Notes: generated by a model from the letters alone, not told the origin. A stretch of 64,000 nt of DNA from Salpingoeca rosetta (GCA_033442325.1 JAWQFM010000009.1:1614297-1678296); one strand, 5' to 3'. Positions 34,909 through 46,466 are shown, numbered from the stretch's first letter. A program made the numbers and translations.

Positions 34909-34913
34909 TTTTT
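34909..34913 (+). terminator. RNA polymerase III oligo-T terminator
   Basis: TTTTT immediately after the tRNA. Confidence 0.8.
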
Positions 34914-35359
34914 GTTTTTCTTCTTCATTCATGCTCAGCCGTGTTGTGTTGCTTCTGCAATCACATCAACTGCGCACTCACAACTTCCAGCAACCATGCA
35001 GCGCACCATGCACAACTTCCAGCGCAGCAGCCTCTCCCTTTGAGCACAATAACTGCTGCGTGTGATGCTGTTGTGATGCTGCTGTGATGGGATGTGAGAC
35101 AAGCACCATTGACCAAACCCGGCGCCACGCACTCCCAGAAGTCGCCCCCTCTCGTGTTTGACTCGCCCAACGCCCACACAAGCACACAAGCGCGCACATT
35201 GGCAGTGCAGCGTGTTGTTGCACTGCAGCTCAGCTGCTTCCAGCCAACAACCCATCCTTTTCCCAATCCCCTGTCCACGCTCGTTCACACACACACACAC
35301 GCACACACACACACACGCACACACACATACACACACACATACACACACACACACGCAGC

Positions 35360-37075
35360 ATGAAGTTCTTCAGCCATGATCTGGCTGTGCTGTGTGGGGT
35401 CGTGTGCCTGCCCATCGGCTGCATGATTGTCGGCTCCCTCACCGCCTATTTCTACGCGCCTGGGCGCCGCGTGCGCTGCTGCTTCGGCTCCTTGGCCGCA
35501 GGCTTGCTGGTGGCCTCGCTCTTCTTCGAGCTGGTCCCGCTGGCAACCAAGAGCCTGGACACGCCGCACGCCGTCGCCGTCGTCGTTGGCCTGGCCGTGG
35601 CCGGCGGTATGGTGATCATCCTCGACGTCGCCGAGGACCGCATCGCGCAGGCGCATGAGAGGGCGCAGGACGAGCGCCGGCGCCAGCAGCGCGAGCGGAG
35701 GGAGAGGCAGCTGCAGAACCTCCTGGAGAAGCAGCAGCAGCCCCGTCCTGCAGAACCCAGCAAGACCAGCAGTGCCAGCCATGCAGCGCCCAACGGCAAA
35801 CCTCACACTACAGCAACCACAAGCGCCGCCATGGGCGAACGTGATGCAGCACACGCCAAGGCACACGACTACGACGCACAGCTCAACAACACCAACAACC
35901 TGACGCACCCGCAACATCAGCCACCTGCTGAGTCACCCAGCGTCAATGCGCCAGGTGGCATGCCATACTCTCGGTTTCCGTTTGCAGACATGGGCCAGCA
36001 CACGCCCTCGATGCTCATGGTGGCGCCGCCGTCGCTGTCAACATCATCCCCATCAGCATCATCGCCTTCGCCTTCGACCCCGGGAACACCTTTGACCCCG
36101 CCGCATGCGCGTGCAGACAATGACAACACGCCACCATCATCGGCACCTCTGTTAGCGTCCTCGTCACCACCACGACCACCGCCAGCATCATCTCAAGGAA
36201 CACAACCAACATCGCACCCAACATCACAACCAGCGTCACAGCCACAGCTGCCTTCTCACACAACGGATCACAGCCGTGCGTGGTCCACAGCGTCGCCGTC
36301 GGGTCAGCGCCGTCACCACCACCCGCGCTGTGTGCGCGGCGGTCGCAGGCGGCGCAGGCGTGTGGGCAGCGACAATGCCGACGATGCAGAGCAGCAGCCG
36401 CTGTTGACAGATGCAAGCAGCGTGTACAGCGCCGCAACCATCAACAACCCGCCCATCGAGTATCTGGCTGGCGAGCACTCGCTTGCGGAGAGCATTGACG
36501 CCGGCGTGTGGGACGGGCGGCGGCCGCTGCGCCTGCGCCGCACCACCTCTGCTCCGCCGGCCCCGCTGCCCGTGTCGCGGCGACGGCGCCTGCCGCACCC
36601 GGGGACGGGCGACTTCCCGCTGGGTGCCGCGGTGCTCATCGCGCTGGACGGAATGAGCGACGGGCTGGTCATTGGCGTGACCTCGTCCCTCACCCTGACG
36701 CAGGGTCTGGTGGTGAGCGGCTCGCTGGCCATGGAGATGTGCATCACGGGCGCAGCGCTCTCCAGCATCTTGTACAAGCACGGCGTGCAGCGGCGGGTGG
36801 CTGTCCCGTGCCTGGTTGCCATCCCCTTCACCATGCTCCTTGGTGCGTGGCTTGGGCGCGCCGTCATCCTTGCCATCTCCCGCTCGTCGGCTATCTTCTC
36901 TGGCATTGTTGCCTTCACCGTGGGCCAGATCACATACCTCGCCACGACGCAGCTCTACTCCGACTCGTATCAGGAGGCCAAGGCCGGCAGCTCCGCCCTT
37001 GCGCGCGCGTGCGCAGCCTTCTTCTTTGGCGGCCTCATCGCCGGCTTTTGCATGAACACGTTTCTTCCCGAATGA
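35360..37075 (+). CDS. ZIP-family (ZupT/GufA-like) divalent metal transporter, single exon, 571 aa with a very long cytoplasmic loop
   Basis: 3+5 transmembrane layout: 'GSLAAGLLVASLFFELVPLA' (TM2), a long Pro/Ser/His-rich loop, 'LIALDGMSDGLVIG' (TM4), 'SLAMEMCITG' (TM5), 'AFTVGQITYLATTQL' (TM7) and 'AFFFGG' (TM8). Confidence 0.85.
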   Translation: MKFFSHDLAVLCGVVCLPIGCMIVGSLTAYFYAPGRRVRCCFGSLAAGLLVASLFFELVPLATKSLDTPHAVAVVVGLAVAGGMVIILDVAEDRIAQAHERAQDERRRQQRERRERQLQNLLEKQQQPRPAEPSKTSSASHAAPNGKPHTTATTSAAMGERDAAHAKAHDYDAQLNNTNNLTHPQHQPPAESPSVNAPGGMPYSRFPFADMGQHTPSMLMVAPPSLSTSSPSASSPSPSTPGTPLTPPHARADNDNTPPSSAPLLASSSPPRPPPASSQGTQPTSHPTSQPASQPQLPSHTTDHSRAWSTASPSGQRRHHHPRCVRGGRRRRRRVGSDNADDAEQQPLLTDASSVYSAATINNPPIEYLAGEHSLAESIDAGVWDGRRPLRLRRTTSAPPAPLPVSRRRRLPHPGTGDFPLGAAVLIALDGMSDGLVIGVTSSLTLTQGLVVSGSLAMEMCITGAALSSILYKHGVQRRVAVPCLVAIPFTMLLGAWLGRAVILAISRSSAIFSGIVAFTVGQITYLATTQLYSDSYQEAKAGSSALARACAAFFFGGLIAGFCMNTFLPE

Positions 37076-37142
37076 AACAGACGCGCGGTCGTGTGTCTGT
37101 GTGTGTGTCTGTGTGTGTTTGTGTGTGTTGGGCATGTGTGTA

Positions 37143-37192
<50 letters not shown>

Positions 37193-37789
37193 TGTGTGTG
37201 TGTGTGTGTGTGTGTGTTGTGTCGTGCACATGTATGGATGCACCCCGTGCGCGTGTGCGTGTTGGATCCTTGGATGATGCCCTCATATCCTGACAGCGCT
37301 GACCGTCGTGCACTGTATCGTTGGCGTGAACTTCGTGCGGCCATCCCTTGGTCTGTGCCAGACCGTTGATTTCCCCCTTTCACTGTCGCGCAACGACGTG
37401 TCCGTCCACCCACGCATGTTGTTGTGTTGCTGTGTATTTGTCGTCTCGCCCACCCCCTGTTCCTCCGGCACGGCTTTGCACGGTGTGGGCCGTTTGACTT
37501 GGGATACGAAAGCACTTCGTTTACTTGGTTCACTTGATATTCAATGTGCAATGTGATGTGAGCGGGTGCTCGTGCCAATCCATGTAAACGGACTTGATGC
37601 GCAGAGACACCAGACACGCAAGCATGCACGTGTGTTGAGCAGGCAGACATGAGGGAGGGGCATCAACAAAAGGGAACAGCCCCAAGGTACGGTACTGGAT
37701 AGGGTGGACACCGTAAGTAAGAGGCACCCTTGCCAGGAAAGGCACAGCAGTCTCCCAAACTTGATGCAAGGGTCGCTTGTCGCCAGACG

Positions 37790-38140
37790 TCATGATGACG
37801 GCCTTGGAAGAGGGTTGCGGCGATAGCAGCACTCACAAGCGTTGACCAGACAGAAGCAAAACACACAGAATCCCTCAGCCATCAGTCGGTCCAGTGCATT
37901 GACGGTCAGAGAAGCACGGTGCAATTGGCGATACACTGAAAGAGCAATCACTGCTTTCCTGTCACTTGGGTTTCGCGCCACTACAGCTCCAACGGTTTCA
38001 CAGCATTGTCGCAGGTGCTCCTGTGCTCTTGGTAAGCACTGGATCAGCTCCCTGTCTGTCATCTTGCAGAACTCGGGGCAGAACTGGGCGGTGCAGCATT
38101 TGCCAGGACCAAGCCGGGGGCACGGATAAGGGCGCGACAT
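37790..38140 (-). CDS. Small intronless Cys-rich protein B (116 aa), same family as A
   Basis: 'MSRPYPCPRLGPGKCCTAQFCPE...LMAEGFCVFCFCLVNACECCYRRNP'. Motifs are collinear with ORF A. Confidence 0.7.
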   Translation of the reverse strand: MSRPYPCPRLGPGKCCTAQFCPEFCKMTDRELIQCLPRAQEHLRQCCETVGAVVARNPSDRKAVIALSVYRQLHRASLTVNALDRLMAEGFCVFCFCLVNACECCYRRNPLPRPSS

Positions 38141-38639
38141 GGTGCGATGGGAGAGATGCGCGCTGAGGAGCCAGGAAGTCAAGCGAGTCGGTTGTTTCGT
38201 GGTGGGCTGAGCTCGTCTAACTGGCGATGAAGAATGCCGAACACTGATGGAAGGTGGAGATAGCATTGAGGGTGATCACAGGGCACACGCAGAGACGGGG
38301 GAGTAAGAGGAACAGACATAGACATGGGCGTACACACAGCCAGATACACACGCATGCACACGCACGCACGCACATACATGCACACATACGCACGCACACA
38401 ATGCGAGTAACGCAGCAACAGGGTGCTTGAAGAGGCAAGGCGATGGGTGCAACTGAAGACAAACAGCACACCCGAACCTCCGACAGCAAGCGAGGACCAT
38501 GTCACACAGTTCAGCAGAGCCCACCTGTGCTGTGCTGGAGCGAAGAGCGCGGTGGAAAATGAAGTCCATGCCAAGGACACAGGCGATGGTCGGCTCAAGT
38601 CGCAAAGCTGCACGCCAGCTGTCACTGGCACGTGACGCG

Positions 38640-38681
38640 TGCTCGCGTGTGCGCATGGCCAGTATCACATGATCGCGTGGC
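38640..38681. promoter_or_regulatory. Putative cis-regulatory module upstream of ORF B (in the B/C divergent spacer)
   Basis: Contains TGCTCGCGTG, GCGCATGGCCAGT and CATGATCGCGTGGC. Confidence 0.4.
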
Positions 38682-39438
38682 GGCACATGTGCAGCACATG
38701 CATGATCGTGAGCGCGTGGCAAGTGCGTCGCCTGTTGTTGTTGTTGTCCACAGAAAACCCCTCAATGTAGTGGGCAAAAAAAATTACATTACACAATGTA
38801 CTTCTAAAGCCTAAAGCGCATGGCATGACGTCATCGACAGTACTGACGCGTGATTTCGCGTGCGTGCATGTTGACTGTCCACGTGTCGCTGTTCCTCTGT
38901 TCGCGGTGCACGTGTAATACCAGAATACCCTCCCTCATTTGTCCCTCGTGCGAGCAACCACGTGCTGTTCATGCTCCTTGCGTCTGCTGTCGGTGGTTCG
39001 CTGGTCATCATTTTCTCTTGTTCTTGTGTTGCTCACTTGCTCAGTCGCCTTCGTGTCCGTGAGTGGTTGCTTTTGGCTTATTGGCTTGCTCTCCTCTCCT
39101 CCTCCCTGCTCTCCTTGCTCTGCTCTGCACCCAACTCTCCTTCGAGGTGAGCAAGCGCCCATGCATTCGCCACACCCCACCACTCTTAGACTCTTGCACT
39201 GTCATCCATTGGCCTGATGCTCAGTTGCTCTCATCGCCATGGAGCTGGTGCCGCCCGTGAACTGCCTGTCATGCACCGTTGACACTCCTGCTGCTGCTGC
39301 TGTTGCTGCTGCCCACGCCCCCTGTCCTGACACGTGTGCGCAGTCTGCTCAAGCTAACCTGTCCCCCGCTGTTGTCCTCTCTCGTCTTGTGTGGATGGGC
39401 TTTGTTGCTGTGTTTGGGCGACATAGGAGCATCAAGAC

Positions 39439-39810
39439 ATGTTCCAGAACCGCGTCGTGTTCTGTCCGCATCACCGGTACAACCTGAGGATATGTGACCG
39501 GCTATATGACGAGATTGGACCGAACGCTGTGGGATACCATGAGGTTGTTCGAGCAGCCCAGTATCTGACCAACCTCAGACGCGATCTTGCAGCAGAAGTG
39601 AAGCGAGGCAAGAAAGGCGCCACGGAGCGCCTCGCAATTGTCAACATGGTTTCCTTTACTCTCGCACGACGACTTGAAGAGAGTCCCGAGCCTAAACCAG
39701 AGCATCTAGTCTTTGCGGCGCACGCAGTAGCCATATGCTTCAATTTTTGCGTGCTGTGCCTCTGCTTCAACCGAGCTGACTTCCATCCCAAAAATGATTC
39801 TTCTGATTCC

Positions 39811-39842
<32 letters not shown>

Positions 39843-39864
39843 CGATGACGACGACGAAGAGTAG
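39439..39864 (+). CDS. Small intronless Cys/His-rich protein C (141 aa) with a poly-Asp tail, probable distant member of the A/B family
   Basis: 'VFCPHHRYNLRIC', a helical middle, 'NFCVLCLCFNRADFH', then a DSSDS(D)nEE tail. Confidence 0.6.
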
Positions 39865-39978
39865 CCCTGTGGGACTTCTGGACTTGAGAATGACGTTTGT
39901 TTTCAAGAGGCCCATTTCGTAGCCCTTCGCTCCTCTCACCATCACTCGCCACATACCTGTCCTGTCCTTGTTGTCGCT

Positions 39979-40025
<47 letters not shown>

Positions 40026-40696
40026 GCTGTCTGTTTGCCGTGTACGTGTCTGAGCTCGCACGTATGTTGCCTCTACCCTTCGCTCTTGGGATTGCTGCTC
40101 ATTTCGTGGCTTTGTTGGCTTAGTCGACTTACTTGCAACTGGCTAACTGGAATACACATACAAGAAGCGTTAAATAGCAAGCACGGATGAAACCGGCTAT
40201 ACTGCGTTTGCGTTTCCTGCGTCGGTGAGTGTGTGTGTGTGTGTGTGTTTGTGTGAGTGAGTGAGTGTTTGTGTGTGTGAGTGTTTGTGAGTCGACAAGG
40301 AATGGGGTGGGAATGAAGCGTGGCGCTGACGTTGGCAGTAGCTGCTGCTACGGTGTCTCGACAAAGGAAGTTGGGCGTTTATGGTGCGAGATAACCAGGA
40401 GACGAAACAAAAGACGTGATATAACGAACGTCAGTCACAGTGGGTCGTAACTCAACAAAACACAGCCACAAGACGATGACGATCTTTGAGCGAAAGGCAC
40501 ACGAACAAGCAACAAAACAAAATAGTGGTGCAGCGACACGCTACTACAGCTCGGCGCTATTCACATCACATGATACAGGACGCATCAGACAGGAACGCGC
40601 CAACACTGCATTGCATGTAGTTGTTCCTGTTGGTGTCAATCAGAGCAGGCGATGGCAGGAAACGAAGAGGAGCAGCCAGAATCTGACCAAGAGTCG

Positions 40697-42137
40697 TTAC
40701 AGCTCATCCTTTGAGGCCGTTGCACCAGATGTCGACCGATCAACACGTCCCTCAACAAGCCCTGTGAGACAATGCCAAATCAGCATTCAACACACACAGC
40801 ACAATGCCGTGAGCAAAGCACTAACAAGCAGCACGGCTCGCCGAATTACCGGCATCGTCTCTCCAAGCCCCACTGCCCTGCAAACAGTTTGCGACCTAAG
40901 GGGGGGGGGCACCAGGGTAGACCCCAAAACGCAAACAGGATGTGATGTTTACCTTCGAGCTCAGCGATGCGGCCAGCAAGGTCATGATTATTGAACCACA
41001 GAAAGGCAAGTACAACCAGCAATATCACGATGATGGTAGCCTGGCAGCCATCGGTGAAAGGAAGTTGAATAGAGTGCGGAGCGTGAGTTGGTGAATGAAG
41101 ATTCGACTGGCTAGTGTCAGTTGGCTGGAGCACACAGCAGGATATACAAGACGCCTGCACGCACTTCAATGGGCGAGGCTACATGCCAAAGACAGCCAAA
41201 ATACCAGCACGCAGCCACAAGACACACGTACACATGCACTCACACACACACACACACACGCACACACACACACACGCATCAAAAAGCCACAATCATCCAT
41301 GGGACGCTAGATGCAGCCATGGGGTGATGGACTTGTGTACGGTGTCACAGAATGGCACCTGAAAAGCAATGATGATGGTTGGGCGCGGAAGGAACGACAG
41401 CCATTTTGATTTTGCCTCCTCTTCCGTTGTCGCCTCCTCAACAGTCCCTGTACACAGACAGCCATGCACGTCAGGCACAAAGAGAGCCACGGTTGCTGCT
41501 GTGGTGCACTGTCGATCCAAGCAATTATAGCTGGGGAGGGGGAAGGGGAAGGAATGGAAAGGCGGAGGGAGAGGGAGAGGAGAGGACACGCATGCACGCG
41601 CATGTATGAGGCAAGGGCACAAACAACACACCTGGAACAGCAGTTGCTTGGTCGCCTTTCTTCCTGCGCGGTGCAAACGCGGATTGCAGGTGCTTCAGAT
41701 ACATCTTGTACGTGGCTGTCATTCCGGCCTGAAGACAGGAAGAAAAAAACAAGCGGAGCAAGGGAGGGGTTAAAACGCCAGAGAAAGAGGGGCGGGGGGA
41801 GATAGCAACATCACATCACATCACATCACATCACATCACATCACAACCGGGGCGAACCTTTGCGCTGCGTGTGATGACGCCCTTGAGAAACACGTTCTTG
41901 GAGAAGACAATACGGCCAGTTGCGCGAACATTCACACGCGGGCCATCCTGGAGCAGGAAGATGCGCAGCTGCGTCACAAAGTCCTGGTAATCGTATGCAT
42001 ACACACGTGGTTTGAGTGGGGGTGAACAGGGTAAGCCACAAGCGATCACTACCGGCAGGAAGGACATGGCTGACAAATGCGTGTGCGTGGGCACGAGTGC
42101 CTTGTTTGTGCGCGTGTGCGCGTGTGCGCGTGTGCAC

Positions 42138-42175
<38 letters not shown>

Positions 42176-43617
42176 AGATCGAGGTCACCAGACAACAACA
42201 CAAGACAACAACACAATACAGCGAACGCGGCACTGCTTCCATTCCAAGCGTTATCGACAAATGACTCACAGCTCCATAGGGCACTTCGGGCGTTTTCGTC
42301 TCAATCTCCATTACATATGCATCTGGGCCAACCACATGCAATGCATAGCGTGAGCGTGGAAAAAACAAAAGCAACAACAACATGATTGTGGGGCAGAAAT
42401 GGAATGAGACAGAGGTCAAAACCGTTCATGCCCCGCGACTGTGATTCCTCAACCACATCCTCACCTTGGCAGCGGACAAGGTACTTCTGGTACTCGCACG
42501 CATGGTTTGCCTGCAACGCATGTGGTGGTGCCGTTAGGATGGAGCACAGTTGCAGCACTTGTCGCGTTCTGGCAGACATGCAGACACACGGGCGAAGATG
42601 GAACAGAAACTACAGCATAATTACACAGTACACAGTGGCACACACACACACGCACGCACGCGCGCACGCGCACACACACACATACATACATGCACACACA
42701 CACGCACGCAAGCACGCACACACATACATACATACACACACACACGCACACACACGCACACGCACGCAAGCACGCACACGCACACGCACACGCACACGCA
42801 CATGCACGCACAAAACTAGGGCGTACCTGGACAACGGATGACTTGGGGATGAGGTATGAGAACTCGCGCTGCCCGTCTTCCGTCCACGGCGTAAAGGACA
42901 GCTCTGTCAATCGCTTCTCCTCGCACATCGCCCGCAGCACCGGCGATGACTCATCAAACATCAGCTGTGGCGGTGGCGGTGCAACGACGGGGTTGGGGCG
43001 CGGCGAGTATGTGGGTGTGAGGGAGCGAGTGAGCGTGGATGCATGTTTGTGATGCATAAATAACCTTGTACACGTGCGCACTCGCATGTATGTGCATGTG
43101 TGTGCAGATACATACCCGATTTGCACGGTGCACCGATCCCTTGACTTCGACAGAAGCGAGATCCCACTGTCCACACGGCCACGCAGGCGAGAAATGCGAG
43201 AATAGTGTTGGCGAAGAAGCACTGGTGGAAACCACGGATTACACACGCCAGACCACACAAACAAACAAACAAACAAACAAACAAACAAACAAACAACCCG
43301 CATCGACGGGCGCGGGTACCTCGAATGGCTCCGGGAGCTGATCAGGGCGCGGCGTGCTTGAAATGATCTCGGGAACATCTTCTTCGTCGGACTGAAGTTC
43401 GTCTGAGGCGTCGTAGTCCTCCTCCATATCCATCGCCATTTCACGCACCAGCCACGCAGAAACTAGTGGTGGGAGGGGGCAGGGAGGGCACAGACGCGGA
43501 TGGGCAAAGGGTTAGATAGATAGACAGGCAGACACAAAAAAAGTGAAGTGAGTGGCGAGCCCGAAACGTGATGCGACGCAGGTGTAAAACGCGACCACCA
43601 CACACACACCACCACAC

Positions 43618-43669
<52 letters not shown>

Positions 43670-45007
43670 GCACGCGCGCGCAGCAAGACGGATGAGTGGA
43701 CAGCAGCGGCAGAGCACAAGGTGGTAGATGGTGATTGACACAACAGCGGGGCGCAAACACAAACGGCATGGGTTGACAGACGCGCAGAGATACGCACATC
43801 GAAGCATGCAGATGCTGCCATGCGATCTGAGTTTCATGTAGGGCGGGACGATGGTCAGTTTCTTCTTCTCGACGTAGAGATCGACGGGAACGATGCGCTC
43901 AAGCTCTTCCTCGGCCTCTTGCTCAACCACTGGCGGACACACGCGCACATGGTAGTGGGTAAGGTGGCGCAAAGAACCGTGGGCGAGGAATCACGACAAT
44001 TCTGCACAGACAGTCGGACGGACAGACAGACAGACACAGAATCACACAGACACAGACACAGACACACAGACACACAGACACACACATGCACACACACACA
44101 GATACACAGATACACACACACAGACAGACACACACACACACACGAGGCACCTGGTATGAGGCCGAGGGAGATGCTAGTTTGGCCGAGGGTGAGGTGGGTG
44201 GAGATGGAGGTGGTGATGATGAGATACACTTTCAGGAACGGCGGTGGTACGGACGCAATGATGTTGATGGGCAGGCTGATTGGCTCCGAGGTGAGGCTGT
44301 CGACGAGTGCATGTGAGCAAGCGACACGTGAGTGTGAGCGATATGATGTGTGCATGTGCATGTGCATGTGTGACTCTTTCAAGGCATCATTGTCCAAGAG
44401 GAGACACAACAGTAACAGCTGTAGCAGCAGACACCCCTCCCTCACTTGATATCCTCTGGCGCGGCGTCGCCAAATGGAATTTCAAACTCCTGCGATTTTG
44501 CCTTGATGTGGTTGGCAACAACGCGGAAGTGGAAGGATATGGCACGGTGCTTGTCGACCATCGGCACTTTGAACGCCTTCTGGAACTGGATACGCAGGCT
44601 GAGAGGAGGGGGGGCAGAGGCAACACAGGCATTGTGGTGGTTGTTGAGGGTGAGTATACGGGAGCCAGGTTTGAGGAGAAAGAGCGTGTATGTGCTTGGA
44701 GGGCCAGGGAGGAGGAAGCTCGATAGACATGCACAGTAATGCACATACAGACACAGACACACACATACACAGCCACACAGACACACACGCACACACAGAC
44801 ACAGACACACGCACACACACACATACACAGCCACACACACACACACGCACACACAGACACAGACACACGCACACACACACATAGGTACCTGCATGGCTAC
44901 ATGGAAACGGGGACGAGGGAACGTGAGCTTTGCCCGGGGTTGAAGCGACATACACAGCCACACACACACACACACACACACAACACAGACACACCACACA
45001 CACACAC

Positions 45008-45047
<40 letters not shown>

Positions 45048-46466
45048 TATTTGCCCGGCTTGAGGTGGCCGCCGTGGAGGGCGCGGGAGAGCTCGGCCAT
45101 TTCGCCCACGCTGAGGTGACTGCGTCGTCGGGCAGACTCGAGCACATCGTCTGGGGAGACACGCAAGCACAGGCAGACAGACAGACACACACATACACAC
45201 ACAATTCCAGACACACACGTGATGTGAGCAACAGGTGCCGCCAGCACATGCGTGCAGCTCAAGGGGTTGAATGGCGCATTCACGCCTTCCCCCTTTCTGT
45301 TTGGGCCTTAGCTGCACCTGGCATGTTGGCTGGCAGCTGGTAGTTGTCGGCGTCGTCTTTGCTGATGACTTGGATGGTAAGCTGTGAACAAATGGAGCCA
45401 ACAGGAAATGAAATGAATGCATGTCACAACGAGCTGACATAATCCAGAGGAACCGTTGGGTAGTGTAAGCAGAGGGGGGGGGGGCAGCTGTTTCGGTTCA
45501 CAGCTTGTTGCTGTGTGGCATGCTGCAATGCTTCCCCCCCCCACACACACACACACACAAACAACAAACAAACAACAAACAAACGCAGATGAGTGGTACC
45601 AGGAGGCTGCCACGAACGCGTGACTTGTGGGAACGTTTCTCCAGTGTGTATTCCTGGCGGATGCTTTGGTTCTCAACACCGATAAAGCGGGAGAGCGGCA
45701 GCACAACCTGCGACACAAAGCAGACACAAACGTCATCATTTACCCTGCACCAGGACACAAGGCAACATGGGCAGCTGCAAGCAAGGTGGGGGGGGGGAGT
45801 AACTGCAACCGCGCATGCGCACCTGTCCCAGGAAGGCGTGCTTGCCGATGTTCTGAATCTGTCCCGTCATCTTGCCAAACTTGTACTCCTGGTGACCAAA
45901 AACAAGTGTGTGTGTATGTGGACGCAGCCAGACATCATGAGGAATGGTTGCGAGGTGCAAGGCAAACGGCACATGAGTACAAGGGGAGGGGAGGAAGAAG
46001 GGCTGTGCTGCAACGCGACTTAGTGGGCTTACATTGCGGACTTCAAACTTGAACGCGGGCTCCCGGCTGCCGGGGGCGGGCAGCGTGTGGATGGGGACGG
46101 AGAACTCTGCGTTCCACACGGGGTTGAGGTCACCTTTCTTGGTCTGAGTGCGCCCGACGAGCTCATCGTCGAAGAACACCCTCACAAAGGGGTCAGAGGT
46201 CGCTGCAGGCCCACAACACACAGCGCAGATGAACGTGAGCAGTTGGGCAGAGGTGCAGCACACAACGGCAAGATGCACAGTATATGCCATGCGGCAGCGA
46301 GCCTGTGCGATGCTCCAAAACCTTGTGGTGTGCACGCACCATTGAGATCCTTTGCCAGGAGGTGGTTTGCGCTGTGCACGTGAATCTTGGCGATGTAAGG
46401 GGCATCTTCCTCTGGGGACGAAGGCACAGAGCTTCCGTTTGGAGACGACGCCTGCGAGTCTGTCAT
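40697..46466 (-). CDS. C2-domain + VASt (StART-like sterol-transfer, Aster/LAM type) membrane protein with C-terminal TM, short coiled coil and KDEL; multi-exon
   Basis: C2: '[16 protein letters not shown]|TSDPFVRV...[14 protein letters not shown]...HAFLGQVVLPL'. VASt: '[18 protein letters not shown]', '[23 protein letters not shown]', '[15 protein letters not shown]'. TM '[15 protein letters not shown]'. Last exon 40761-40697 reads '[21 protein letters not shown]'. Confidence 0.8.

Noticed and set aside
40440-40994. 184-aa plus-strand ORF
   Set aside because: It lies antisense to the last exons and 3' UTR of the C2/VASt gene and shows no protein-like features.
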